64,000 nucleotides of DNA from contig JAWMAR010000030.1 of the NCBI GenBank assembly GCA_036785375.1, positions 7,688,001 to 7,752,000 on the forward strand. The letters run 5' to 3'. How positions within the stretch are numbered: position 1 is the first letter of the stretch; each line of letters starts with the position of its first letter. Positions 26,431 to 40,570 of the stretch are shown here, piece after piece. The translations under genes and the position numbers were made by a program. The notes beneath the pieces were generated by a model. The model did not search any database and was not told the DNA's origin. It saw nothing but the letters and a program-made list of their open reading frames with translations. The DNA is from Leucoraja ocellata. Taxonomy: Eukaryota.

Positions 26431-28444
26431 TAACTCAGAACATCAGGCAGCATCTCTGCTGATCATGGATAGGTGGCAGATTGGGACTGTTCTGAATAGT
26501 ACATGAATGGTTTGTCCACTAGGTATAAATATCTGCAATACTAAATAGCAAATTAATAACAGGCAGGATTATCTCACACGTTTCACATCCTGATGCTTCC
26601 CACAGAATATTTTCACACTGGAGCAGATTAATATTCTACTCGACAATTGGGAAATGTTGCACTTTGGTTTCAGGATAGTTAAGGATTCACTGACTGGTTA
26701 TTTTGGCCAGTTCCCTCTGGGCACGTGATCCTCCCCATTAGATTCTACTCATCTGAAGCTTAATGCACAGAAGGCCACTGTGAAAATGCAGCTCAGTGTG
26801 GTGAAAACAATGCAAAATTCGTCTAGTGCAAAAAAAAAAAATTAAATGCTGGAGGAACTCAGCGGGCCAGGCAACATCTGTAGAGGGAAATGGACAAACA
26901 ATGTTTCGGGTCGGGACTCTTCTCCTTTGCAAAAAAAAAGATTACCGTATACTTTCACCAACAGCTAAATTCTACATTAGTGTAGGGGGACGGGGTGGAG
27001 GAAACTAAACACATACCATTAGATCGGCTATCCTGCCTAACTTCTTTTCTTTTCACTGGCTTCCATTTTTACACCTAGTCCCCCCTTAATGGGGGTTTGG
27101 GGGAGGAGGAGAGGGGAGGAGGATTTAAATTACCCAACATATTTGACCAGGAACAAAAATCACAGTCAGAAACTTAATTTACAGTAGAAACACAAAGAAC
27201 AGATAGAAATGGATGCCCACACATAGAGAATCCCAAACATTGACAACATGCTAAACTTTCTCAGCCTGGCCCCGACCACAAGTATTCAAAACCTTACACA
27301 TGAAACAATCAACTCATCCAGAAACATATGATCCCAAACACATGTCCAAACCATGATACATAACCCAACCAAGCCCACTACACATAAAACAGCAAAGGCC
27401 GCCAGTCGATAATATTAGATGTCTATATCCAAAATATCAGTGGCTCATATGTTCTCCAGTCCTTCCTCTGCGCACTGATTACTTTAGTCTTTCATTCTCC
27501 ACCACCAAACCATGTGAGTTTCAGATATAACTCTTTAAATGTTTCGCGACTGGAGTACTAAGGAAAATCTGAATTTGATGAAAGTTTGGATGAAGTGCAT
27601 TAACTCGGTTTCTTCCTCCACAAATTCTGCCTGACTTGCCGAGTGTCTCCAACATTTTCCATTGTTTCAGGTTTCTGGCATCTGAAGTTTGTTTTTTGCT
27701 TCAGGTAAGACTACATTTTGATTGAGAGAACAAAACAAGCCTGATCTCTGGCTTAAATCTACCAATGAGATACAGCATATTCAAGTCCTACAAGCACTGT
27801 TTAAAGAACTGGTCTCAATCATTTTTGTGTCCAACCATTCCACACAACTGGAATAATTCGTAACTAAACGCAGTCCAGATGAAATAGGTATGTGGGCCAG
27901 AGACTGGAGAAGTGCCTGACGAAGGTCCACTTTACAAAACGTTACTTGTCTATTTCTTCCTCAGATGCTGCCTGGCCCACTGAGTTCCTCCAGCACTTTG
28001 TGTTCTGCTCAAGAATGCAGATCAGTTGGTTCATGGTCATGTGTTAAACACCTTAGCTACATAAATCACCGCTTTCTAACATCACTGCTGAAGAATTAGT
28101 AGCCTCGTTCAATAAGGCAAGGTGGTCAAACACTTTGGTGGATTATAATTGCTCGGATAAATACAAAGACCTGTTGTTGCAATCAGAAGAAGTCATGGAA
28201 AATTCCAGAATACCCAGGATGTAAAATTGCAAGAAAAATACAGCTAAAACAAATAGCAGATGTGTAAATTTGTTCTGTTTTTAAAATATAAGACAAAGAC
28301 TTCCTTAACAAAACAGCAAGTACATTCCCAATAAAGAGATCAACGGCCTTTAACATATTGCAATGTAAACAGCATACATCTGATGCCATTAATATTCATA
28401 CTAATAGATTGGTTAATGCTGAATAGTGAAATACAATAGAGTGC

Positions 28445-29690
28445 AGCAAAAATCAAAATGCTGAAGGAATGCAATGGTTCAGGCAGTATCTCCGGAGGGA
28501 ACGTAGTTCAGACGGAAGCAGGGTCCCGACCCAAAATGTCTTCTGCCCATTCCCTCCAAAGATGCTGCCTGATCAATTGAGTTCCTCCAGCACTTTGTTT
28601 TTTAGTAATGTTGAATCGTGTTTACCGTGAAATAGCAATGTTCGCAATAAATGTGAAGCTTGCAGCAGGATTTCAGAAATAAAGGACATAATATGTTTAA
28701 CAATACGAGGATAGTTACAGCAGACCAAAAACAAACTGCTGGTGAGACTCAGCAGGTCAAGCAATACCTGGAAGGTGAAAGAAATTTGGGTCGAGACCCT
28801 GAATCAGGTGAGGGAAGGTAACTGAGGGTGGGGGGGAGGGGGGGTGGTGGTGAGAAGGGGGTAGAAGGTCATAGGTGTTCCGAGGAGAGATAGATGAGAG
28901 GGGTAGGAGTGGAAACAGAAGAGATGGAAGCAGACGAGGAAAACTGCAGATGGGGCCAGGAGGAAGGGTGGGTGAAGGAGAGATAGAATCCGAGGGGAAG
29001 ACAGCTGGAATCTGAAGAGTTAAAGCCCTGTCCCACTGTATGTTCATTCAAGAGCTCTCCCGAGTTTAATTTTTTTTTAAACTCGTGGTAAGCAAGTAGA
29101 ATGTACGTAGCAGGTACGTCGGAGCTCGGGGACGTCTCTTAGCGGCTCGTAATGCTAACAGCAGGTACTCAGGAAACATGGTAAGCTCGGGAAGACTCGT
29201 GAAGATTTTTCAACATGGTGAAAAATGTCCACGAGAGCCCTGAGTACCTATAAGCGGCCATTACCGTATATCTCTGAGTTCGAATCAGGGCAAACTCAGG
29301 AGAACTCTTGAATGAACTCGTACAGTGGGACACGGCTTCAAGGAAGATGATAAAGGGAACCAGTTAAGGTAGAATTGGGGCAGATGGGGATATGGAACCG
29401 GATGGGAGAGGGGATCGGTGAGTGACGTGTAGGTGGCAGGTAGATGGAGCAGGAGTGAAAATGGATACCGTGGGGCTGGGTATGGCGTATGAACAAGAGA
29501 ACAAAAATAGGAGGACAGAGGGGGAGAGTTATGGGAAGACAGGGGGTAATGGTTGCCCGAAATTGGAAAAGTCAACGTTCATACTGTTTGGTTGTAGAAA
29601 TCCCACCTTGGCAGTGGAGAAAGCTGAGGATGGGAGGTTGAAGTGGGAATGTGAAGGCAGGTTGAAATGACATGCAACCTATATTTTCGG
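28445..29690 (-). mobile_element. Degraded Penelope-like element 3' region (endonuclease C-terminus, pyrimidine-rich UTR, terminal repeats)
   Basis: Minus strand near 29560-29600 encodes LQPNSMNVDFSNF, the typical PLE ORF end; followed by a CT-rich UTR and terminal repeat copies at 28445-28600 and 28735-28805. Confidence 0.7.
29024..29337. mobile_element. PIF/Harbinger-like MITE nested in Penelope remnant
   Basis: TIRs agccctgtcccactgta / tacagtgggacacggct, flanks TAA/TCA; interior related to the 26151 MITE. Confidence 0.8.
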
Positions 29691-30274
29691 ATGGCTAAAG
29701 GTCAAGGCATTTTACACATTTTCACAACGTACATATTTTCCAAAATCAGCAAATGCATTTAGTGGCATTGATGGTACTCAATCATCAGATTGCAGGTTTT
29801 GCAATAATTCCTGGTTAGCACCTGAACAAACAGGAAATAGAAGTCTTAAACTTTAATTCACCATTGCAATTTAACCGGTGAAAATTAAATCTGCAATATA
29901 AAGATGTAGAGATGTCCGACTTGATCGTGGGGTCTGTCTTTTCCTTGAGATGCCTGATGCATGAAATGACCTGAAGGCACCAATGCTGAATGTCTTTTCA
30001 AAGCGATTGAAGCCAGCAATATATAAACATGTTATGGAAGCATATGAAAGATATGAGAAAAATCACCACATTCAACTACCAACAGAAATCTTCGACTGAG
30101 GAGAAGATTTCAATTTGATAGGATTTCAACACATTAGAAAAGCTGTATATTTTTTTTACAAGAACTGTTTCCCAGCGAAGGCAACACATGTTAGGAAACT
30201 GAGGAGAAGCCCAGAGCAGATCTGTAATATTATGAAGGGTTCCTTTATGGTAAATGTGCAAAGAGCTTAAGAAA

Positions 30275-31150
30275 AAGAGCTGAAACAGGCCATTCAGCCC
30301 CTCGAGTCTGTTACACCATACAATAAGATCATGGCAGGTCTCATCATTGATCTTGTCCATTTGTGGGCCTGATCTCCATTACTCTTGGTCTCCCTGCATC
30401 CCCAGATCTCCATCTTAACTTTGCACTTACTGACTAACCGAGCTCCCATAGATCTCTGGGTTGGACAATGACAATAATTCACGACGCTGAGAAGGGACAT
30501 TTCTTCTCATCTCGGTCCTAATGGGGGTCTCCATCCAATATCTCCTACCCCTACTCTAGATTCCCCCATGAGGGAAAGCATTCTCATAGCATCTACTCTG
30601 GCAAGTCTCCTAAAAATCTTCTATGTTTCGCCAAGATCATCCGTCATTCTATACCCCAGAAAGTATAAAACCACACTTTCATCTCAGGATGCAATCTTGT
30701 GAACTTTCATTACCCAATGCTCAAGGGAAGTATTTCCGTCCTTAAATATGGAGACCAAAACAATAACTTCAAGTGTGGCCTCTCCATGTGCGTAAACTGT
30801 TACAGCAAAACATCTCGACTTTTGTACTTCATCGCCCTTGCAATGAAGGATAATATTCTGTCTATCTGCCTGCACTTTTCCTATGTGAGGACTCTTTAAA
30901 TTCTTGCATGCATTAATCTATTACCATTTAAGCTTTTATATTCTTGTTACAAAAGTGGATTATACCATATCTGGAAGGGGATCCGGTACCAGATAAAGAA
31001 GGATGATGGAACCAGATAGAGTCCTAGCACGGAAACAGGCCCTTCTGCCCAATATGCCCATGCCAACCAAGCCCATCTACATGAGTGAAGGCAGGTTGAA
31101 AGTCCCACCTGCCTGTGTTTGGACCATATCCTTCTAAACTGTTCCAATCC
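30275..31150 (-). mobile_element. Old CR1 fragments (two 3' ends)
   Basis: aggccattcagccc...; ggagaccaaaac...aagtgtggcctc; second 3' end ggaaacaggcccttc at ~31030. Confidence 0.65.
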
Positions 31151-32550
31151 ATAGTTGGGGGAGGGAATAGCTAGGACGATGCACGTGGGAATGGAGAGGG
31201 TGAACAAGGGAAGAGAGATCTGTGTGACTCAATTAACTTGCAGCTTTTGTTATCTCTGTTGACTTGATGTCTACATCCTTCTAGCAGCAACGTTATTGTC
31301 TAGTAAATGAAACTTCTGGACCATAGGGGCGGGAAAGAGAAGGATTGCTGTGACTGAGAGCTAGAAGTGGCACGATGGACCAAAAGACATTCGGCGTCAT
31401 TAGAAGCTAAACAAGAAGATTTGTGAAATGATGTTACAGGGTTTTTGACTCCACAACGGGTAACACAGTAGAGCTATTGCCCAACCTCCAATGCGGTCTG
31501 CATTGAGTTTGCACAGTCTTCCTGGGAATAAGATGGGATTAATGCAAGACTGTGTGCCGTGTTTGTGGACTCGTGTTTTCATGCTCCACGACTTTATGAC
31601 CTCTGTTCTAACCTGCAATGAACCACAGAACTACTAGAAGTGTCATTTTTAAATCCAATGACATAAATTTTCTTTCAAATACCTTGTAATGTTTCTGATT
31701 ACTGTTTGAAGTTGGGTGTGAAGTTTACTTTGAAACAAATGCGATTACCGAACAGTTACCTGTTTTTTATTAACTCCAGAAGAAGCCAAAGTCAAGATCG
31801 CCACAAGAACCAAGTGCAGAGAACTATATTTAAAATAAGTTTAAAACTTCAATAAACTATCCCAAAATGTGAAATTTGACACAGGCGCAGAGGAAAGGGG
31901 AGAATTGTCCAGGGTGCACATAATTAGCTGATATTCTTCTGCATTCCTACTTGGAATTCCATGTATAATAAGTTAAAATAACTGAAACAAAATTCACGTT
32001 TCTTTAATCAACGTAAACCAGACATGAACAAGAAGCATCCACAATTCACTGTGAATCAACAGAAAGACTGTGGAAGTGAATAATTCGAGCAGTAGAGGTT
32101 GATTTTGTCACGCAGGAGGTTTGGAAAGATCAGGACCACCGTGATGTCCACGCCCCAGAGAGCAGCGTACAATGGAGGTTTCTGTGAGGTCATAGAAAGA
32201 TCTCCTGGAATAAGGGAAACCCGACAGGATGCCAGAAGATGGTTGAGTGACATCAAAAGGGCGAAAGGAAAACACTGCACTAGGAGGCTGGCCTTATTCA
32301 GCTCCAGAGTGGGAGAGAACACCCACCTTGAGAACACCAGTACCTGCTGAGGTTAAGAGTGGCAAAACTGTTTTAAATGGAGTGTTTGTAAGAATCTGAA
32401 GCTTAGGACATTGATAAATCCACCTGGGGTTTGACTGAGTGAACCATTATCAACTCAAGTGGAACAATCCATTGAAGCATGCTGATTATAATGCTCAATA
32501 CAAAGTGACTTACACTCTTAATTTTGACCTTCAGAATTGCTTGAATTATG

Positions 32551-34468
32551 TCATAGAGCGATACAGTGTGGAAACAGGCCCTTCGGCCCAACTTGCCCAT
32601 ACCGGCCAACAAAGTTCCAGTGCACGTCTCACTTTCCTGCGCTTGTCCATATTCCTCCAAACCTGTCCTATCCATGTATCTGTCTAATTGTTTGTTAAAT
32701 GGTGGGATAGTTCCAGCCTCATCTACCACCTCTGGTAGCTTGTTCCATACATCCACCACCCTTTGTGTGAAAAAGTTACCCTTCGGATACCTATTAAATC
32801 TTTCCCCCTTCACCGATGCCCTCTGGTCCTTGATTCCCCATACTCTGGGCAAGAGACTCTGTGCATCTACTCGATCTATTCCTCTCATTATTTTGTACAC
32901 CTCTATAAATTCACCCTTCATCCTCCTGCGCTCCATGGAATAGATACCCAGCCTACTCAACTCTCCCTGTAGCTCACACCCTCTAGTCCTGGCAACATCC
33001 TTGTAAATCTTTTCTGAACCCATTCAAGCTTGGCAATATCATTCCCATAATATGTTGCCCAGAACTGAACACAATATTCTAAATGTGGTCTCACCAACGT
33101 CTTATACAACTGCAACATGATCTCCCAACTTCTATACTCAATACTCTGGCTCTTGAAGGCCAACGTGCCAAAAGCCTTTTTAACACCTTATCCACCTGCG
33201 ACTCGACCTTCAAGGAACCATGCATCTGTACTCCTAGATCCCTCTGTCTTACAAGACTACCCAGAGGCCTACCATTTACTGTGTAGGACCTGCCCTTGTT
33301 CGACGACCCAAGATGCAACACCTCACATTTCTCTGTATTAAATTCCATCAACCATTCCTCCGCCCACCTGGCCAATCGATCCAGATCCTTCACTGCGATC
33401 TTTCACAAACATCTCCACTATCTGCAAAACCACTCAATTTTGTATTATCAGCAAACTTGCTAATCTTGCCCTGTATGTTCTCATCCAAATCAGTGATGTT
33501 GATGACAAACAGTTACGGGCCCAGCACCGAACACTGAGGTATACCACTAGTCACAGGCCTCCAGTCCGAGAAGCGACATTCCACCATCACCCTTCCATGG
33601 AGCCAATTTGCTATCCATTCAGCTATCTTTCCTTGGATTCCATGCGATCTAACCTTCCAGAGCAACCAACCATGCAGAACCTTGTTGAATGCCTTACTGA
33701 AGTCCACGTACACAACATCTACAGCTCTGCCTTCATCAACCTTTTTGGTCACGTCTTCAAACAAAATCAATCAAATTTGTGAGACACAACCTCCCATGTA
33801 CAAAACTATGGTGACTACCCCTAATCAGCCCTTGCCCATCCAAATGCCTGTATAACCCATCCCTCAGAATACTCTCCATAACTTTCCAACCACCGATGTT
33901 AAACTTGCCAGCCTATAGGGCCCAGCATTTTCCCTGCAGCCCTTCTTGAAAAGAGGCACAACATTTGCCATCCTCCTGTCTTCCGGCATCTCTCCTGTAT
34001 TGAAGGACGACTTGTAAATTTCAACCAGGGCTCCTGCAATTTCCTCTCTAGTTTCCCACAATGTCCTTGGATATATCTGAATTATCGACCTATCTTCATA
34101 CACGACAGTACATTCAGTTCATCTTCGAAGGTAACACTCTCAAGCCATTTGCATTGAATGCCCTAAGTTCCTCCATCCTACTGTCTTTGTCCTTGGTAAA
34201 TACAGAAGAGAAATACTCATTGAGGACCTTGCCCATCTCCTGTGGCTCCACACAGAGGTGACCGCTTTGATTCCTGAGAGGTCCCACTTTCTCTCTAATT
34301 ACCCTGTCCCCCGTTATGTATTTATAAAATCTTTTGGGATTGTCCCTAGTGCTATGCACCAGAGCTATCTCCCGGCCCCTTTTTGCCCTTGTGATCTTAT
34401 TTTTCAGTTTACTCCTTAGCTCCCGAAACTCCTCCAGGAATGCACTAGATCCCAGCTGCCTATACCTG
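32551..34468 (-). mobile_element. CR1 LINE, 5'-truncated ~1.9 kb, frameshifted ORF2 (RT)
   Basis: ORF pieces VVYVDFSKAF, VTSGIPQCSVLGP, WLMEFNTEKCEVLHLG, RPHLEYCVQFW, FFTQRVVDVWNKLP. Confidence 0.95.
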
Positions 34469-35664
34469 TCTATATCACTCTGACCATGAAGATAACAGCA
34501 TCAACACCACCAAACATATTTGTGTTCGATGTTCACTCAAGACTAATGTCATTAACAATTGTTTCATGCTGGTGTTTTGGTGGAAATTAATACCATGCTC
34601 TACTCTTTCATCGTTTGTCTGAACTTGACATTGTTTGGTTCACAGCTTCAATAAAATATCTCCAGAAGTCAAAATGACTTTGGATCCATACCAAATTATG
34701 AAACGCAAGGATCCTTAAGGGGACAATATGTTTTGTAAGTGGGAACATGAAGATCTATTTAAAATAGGAACCGCTAATACTTCTCGATGTGAAGCATATG
34801 AAATACCTAAAAACACCAACACAAAGCTTCAAAGCCTAGTTGGATGATTAAAAAAGACTGGGTGGCTAAAGTCTGAAGACACTTCTGAAAAACATGAGGA
34901 ATCAGTTGTTTTTATTTTAGTTTCTTTCTTTATAAGTTAGTTGCATTTACATTAATGTCTTGCATACAAACTGATGGGGATAAATGTGGTAAATTTTGCA
35001 ATGTTTGAAATGAAATGCATATTTGTGACCAAAACAATCCAACTCTAATTTGGACAATGAGAACAGCAATAAAGGGAACTGGTACAAAATACCCTGGGCA
35101 TAGTTTGAGATCTCCCCGCTGCTTAGATAACATATGGAATAGACTTACAGAGAATATAATTGACTTGAGGTGAAATAACACCTCCAAGAGGCTCTGGTGC
35201 TGAGAAGGGCTGAAGATTACAGTGGTAATAATAGCAATGTCTGGCTTTTTACAGGGAACAGAAGGAACCCAGTATTCCTGAAATTAGGATCAACAGGTTG
35301 TGCAGCAAGGGGCAGTATTCGATGAAGTCATGTCCATAACTGAAGAGTTATACATGTCCTCTGGGGAATGGGTTTAATGAGGCGAATAACCTTCTCCAAT
35401 ATTCTTAATTCCTTGCACATTCCACTTCGGCAAATAAATTGTCCTCCAATTCCGCATGTCCTAACTGCCACACTACATTATTGTAAGAAAATCTGCAAAA
35501 CGCCTTCAACACAGCAGTAGACGGTTCTGGAGGTTGAAGCAAAAATAAGCTGACTTTGGTTTTGCAGATGCTTTGAAGGTTGTAGTTCTGTCCAGGAAAA
35601 CACCATGTATAACTTGTGCTAACATTGAAATTCAGGGAGAAAATATTTCCTCACCACTAATATA

Positions 35665-37260
35665 AGGTTCACCAGCCTATATTTCCCTGGATTATCCCAA
35701 TTGCCTTTCTTAAACTAAAAAAAAACAGACAGGTTATTCTCCGATCTTCTGAGGCTTTACCTGTGGCTAAAGAGGATACAATGCCCAAGCAGACTCACGC
35801 TTGCCTTTCTCAATATGTTGAATAGATTCTATCAGAATCTCGGGATTTATCCACCTTAATGCTCGTCAAGAGACCCAATACCTCCTCCTTCATAATATCA
35901 ACATGCTAAAGAATATCAGTGCATCCCTCTCTGTTCCCACAACCATTCATGTCCTTCTCCTTGGTGAATAATAACACATTGTGCATCACGTCCACTTCCT
36001 ATGGCTCCAGACTTTAATCCCCTTCATTGTCCGTAAGTGGACATACCCTTTTCCTCATTATACCCTCTTGTTTTTATGTGTAGAATGCATTGGGATTTGT
36101 CTTAATTCTACTTGCCAAGGACATTTCATGGCCCTTTTGAGCTCTCCTGGTTTCTTATTTGTTCTTTCCAGCTTCATTTATACTCCTCAAATGCGTTGTC
36201 TGATTTCAGCTTCCTACACTTTACATATGCTTCCTTGTTCTTTTTGACTAAACATTCAACATCTCCTGTCATCCAAGGTTCTTGAACCCTACCATTCCTG
36301 TCTTTCATCATCACAGGAACATGCTGGTCCCGAATTCTAACCAGCTGGTCTTTAAAAGACTCCCACATGTTCGATATGGATTTACCCAATAACAGATGTT
36401 TCCAATCTATCTCCCCGGTTACCGTTCTAATACTGTTGTAATTACCTCTTCCCCATTTAGCACTTTCTCCCCCTCCAGTCTTATCTCATCCATAAATAAA
36501 ACTCACTTATGATCACTGTTTCCAAAGTTTTCTCCCACTGAAACTCTGACCATCTGGCCAAGCGCATTTTCCAACCCAAGGTCCAGTTTGGCCCCTATCT
36601 ACATACTGTTTCAAGAAGCCCTCTTAGATGCGTGTAACACATTTGGCCCATCTTAGCCATTGGCTGTGTTGAGTCCCACAGTCAATCTTGGGGAAATGAA
36701 GACCTCCCATGACAACGTCTTTGTTGTTTTTACATCTTGCCAAACTTACACATCTGTATCTCAGCTGGGTGACCTATAATATTATCCCATCATAGTGATT
36801 GCATCTTTCCTTTTGCTGAGTTCCATCCATATCGCCTCACAAGATGGTCGCAACATGAGCCCTTCTAAATATTCTTTATGATCAATAGTGCAGCCCCCAC
36901 ACCTCTTTTACACCGCTCTGTATCACCACTTAAATGTTCAACTGTGGAACATTTGAGCTGTCAGCCTTGCCCTTTGCTCACCAGGTACCTGTAAAGGCCG
37001 CAACATAGTAGATCCATGTACTAATCCAGGCTCTAACTTCAGCAACATTACCCGTAATATTCCTTGAATTGACATAAAAACACATCAGGTTGTCAGTCGC
37101 ACCCTGCTCAACAAATAGCTGATATTTACTAGCCTGTTCTTAGCATTCACAGAATGCAACACTCCACATGTATCTGGATAAAACTGCATCTCAGCCCATT
37201 TCAACAATGCATCAATATTATTCTGTAGCCTCACACTGTCTTCCACACTGTCCACAACTC
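35665..37260 (-). mobile_element. Old CR1 LINE fragment (endonuclease-tether region)
   Basis: ORF 36174..36389 MWESFKDQLVRIRDQHVP...EPWMT; further degraded CR1 similarity on both sides. Confidence 0.75.
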
Positions 37261-37277
37261 CACCACACCTTCCATGA

Positions 37278-37374
37278 CTTGAAGAAGAGTCTCGACCCGA
37301 AATGTCACCCATTCCTTCTCTCCAGAGATGCTGTCTGGCCCACTGAGTTACTCCAGCATTTTGTGTCTATCTTC
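37278..37374 (+). mobile_element. Penelope-derived terminal repeat
   Basis: tgaagaagagtctcgacccgaaatgtcacc...gagttactccagcattttgtgtct. Confidence 0.75.
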
Positions 37375-38914
37375 CTCAATACCACCTCCGATTCTGCCAT
37401 TCATGATGTGTGGCCTATCATCCTTTGCATTCACAAAATGCAACAGCTCACATGTATCTGGATTCAACTGCCTCTGCCATTTCTCAGCCCATTTCAACAA
37501 CACATCAACATCACCTTGTAGCCTGTAGGTAGGTGGCTGCTGGCAGCCTATTTACCACTGAAACCTGAAGCTCTGCCATGCAGCGCCAGACACGACCTGC
37601 ATGAGGAGAATCAGCTTGATCAGCGCTCTGCATCCGGCCTAGATAGGTCCAGGCAGGCGGGACCAAGGCGACAAGTCTAGGGAGCAGATTTCATCCTGCT
37701 CAATTATACCCATTATGACTAACTTTATATTTCACATATCATTCCATAATCCAGGAAAGACAGGCCTATGGGGAAACTGCATTAACACTTTAAATGCATT
37801 TTTAGAGAAGCTAATTTTAAACCTTGCAAATTTAAATACTTTGAAACGGAAGTAATTCAACAGGTTATTTCAATTTGAGAAAAGGACATTAGTATTTGGC
37901 CATGATAAATGAAACAAAATGATAGCTTAATATTGAATTATATATTAATGTTCTTAAGTGCACTCCATTATTCTGAAAATTGCAGCTTCTTCTGATCTTT
38001 GCATCGACCAGGATATTTGGTCGCATGTTGTTCATTAGCGATTGCCTGCTTGTTTATTTAGAAAACGAATCTGCGTGTGAGGACAAATATACTTCGAAGA
38101 AGCATGGAGAGTGAAATTTGTATAATGATGGTCATTAGGCAAAATTACAAGTGTGCATGCGAGGTTCAATAACTCTGCACTTACTGCAAAATGTGGTGGC
38201 AACCCTTCATCAAAGGCCGTACAGAAATAATCCATTATTTTGCAGTGTTCTCCCACGAGAAAGACCGCCAAACATGGACTGTCAGCCCAGCATCCTAGCC
38301 TTCAGATGTTCCCAGCCCAGGGATACATAAGTAAGCCTAGTTACCTTGAAGCAGACACTTTAAATTTAGAACAAGGTCATGAACCGTGCTGGATAGGGCA
38401 GACAAGAGGCAAGTGAGATGACGCAATATGAGAAGCATGCACAGTTAGCACCAAACCAAGTGGGAATGACGCGCAGCTCCAATAAAGAGTGTACAGGACA
38501 GAATGGTGCCACAGGAGACTATTATGAATGGAGCAGTGCAGCAATAGTATAGCACAATATCACTTCATATTTATTACCTTGCTTTGAACTTTTTCTGAGC
38601 CAACTGGGAACACCTTTTTCTCTGCATTATTCGCCACGTCAAACCAGCAGTGCTAGGAAATTGACGTTTTCTTTGTCACTGAGACATAACTTGTAAATCT
38701 AGTTATGGGACCGCTTGGGTGCAATGTCATTTTTCACACAGTTATAACTTGTGCCTCTTTGCAGTCGTGTGGCAGTTTATATGCACACCTAATGGGAATC
38801 CCATTCTGAAGGGTCCCGACCCAAAACATCACCTATCCATGTTCTCCAGAGATGCTGCCTAACCCGCTGAGTTACTCCAGCACACTGTTCCCATGGTGGA
38901 TCACAGGAAGTGAC

Positions 38915-39308
38915 TTCCACTCCATCAAAGAGAACTATAGGAGGCGCTGCCTCAAAAAGGTTGACAGCATCATCAAGGACCCACAACACCCTGAAAATCA
39001 AATCACTCCTGTCATCGGGATGAAGGTACAGGAGTCTGAAAACAGTAACCTCCAGGTTCAGGAACAGCTTCTTCCCAACAACCATCAGGTTATTGAACAC
39101 TACAACACCAACTAAACTGTCTTGGTTGCAGTTAGGACTTGGGACTTGTTATAGCTTTTGTAATTGTTGAACTCTTCCTTTGCTCTTTTGTTACGTTATT
39201 TATAGAGTACTGTGTTTATGAATCTGTGTGCTGCTGCAAGTAAGAATTTCAAGGTTCTGTTTTTGGTGCATATGACAATTAAACACTCTTGGCTCTTTTG
39301 ATTCTTGA
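38915..39308 (+). mobile_element. Rex1/Babar-like LINE 3' end
   Basis: Encodes RRCLKKVDSIIKDPQHP and RYRSLKTVTSRFRNSFFPTTIRLLN; (ctcttg)-type tail. Confidence 0.75.
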
Positions 39309-40269
39309 TAAACCCATGTAAGTTTGCCTCTCTATGTCATTTGGTCCAGAGAAAACTGTCCAGCTTATCCAACTTCACCTTATAGCTCAAGCCCTCTAGT
39401 TCAGGCAATATTCCAGTATATTTTTTCTGCATCCTCTTGATCACGGACAAGTAATATTAAATGTCTGAGTAGCAAGTGTAAGTGCAGATGTATTCATGTG
39501 TTAGGGGCATTCATGGTGCTGAAAGGTGTACTAACGTTGGCTTGCGGTGTGCACATTCAAAGAGGTTGCACTGCAAACATTAATATGGAAGTCTCAGGTT
39601 TGAATATGCTGTCCAAAATACACAAATGTCCGATTAGAATTCAGGTTCCAAAGTTGCTTCTTAAGCAAAGTTTTAAAAGTAAATTTTAATTGAATTCAGC
39701 ACATGGACCTCACCTCTGCATGGAACTCAGTGCCCCAAATAAATGCTAATTGCCAATTTGGGCTTTAGCTCTTCACCATTGCAAATTAATTGGAATGTGT
39801 ATATTTATTTTCAGGTGGAGGACAGTATCAATAATTAGGCAATTGGACCAACAAAGAGTTGAATGCATCCACGGTAATTTGTGATATTAGACAGATTTGT
39901 TAAGAATTAGTCAGAGACTAGGGCCAAGCAGATTAAAACTGCTGATTGTTATAAAATTCCAACTGATTAATTGATTACAAGCGGGAAAAGCGGCATCATC
40001 ACTATCTAATCTGTTCTATACACGACTCCATGTCTCCACTGTAAACTCTTGAAGCCTTTTCTGCAGCAACCCTGCCAAATATGGAAGGAAAATAAATGTG
40101 ACCTGGTTGATGTCCCATGGCCAATATTCAGAGAAACAATTGTAATATCGTTTGTAATCATTTATGCCTTAAGCTGTGGCACAAATATTAAAATACTAAA
40201 CAGCAGTTGGATTTAACCAATTACTTTCAATGCGATTATTTGTGAAAGTCAACTTCTCTGCAGTTATGT

Positions 40270-40570
40270 AGAACAGTACAGTATAGGAACAGCCCTTCAG
40301 CCCACAATGTCTGTGCCGAACACAATGCCATGTTAAACTAATCTCCTCTATCTGCAAGTGATTCTTGCATATGCATGTAGTAGCTATCTAAAAGCCTATT
40401 AAATGTCACTATCATATCTGCTTCCACCACCACCCCTGGCAGCATGTTCTAGGCACATACCACTCTGTTTAAAATCTTGCGCTGTATATTTTCTTTAAAC
40501 TTTGGCACACTCACTTTTAAGCTATGCCCTCTAGTAGTTGACATTTCTGCCCTGGGAATAAAGTTCTAAA
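40270..40570 (-). mobile_element. CR1 3' end fragment
   Basis: ggaacagcccttcagcccaca...caccacccctggcagcatgttc. Confidence 0.65.

Noticed and set aside
37165-37525. Apparent direct repeat (37165-37232 vs 37449-37525)
   Set aside because: Both are diverged pieces of the same CR1 region, not a novel structure.
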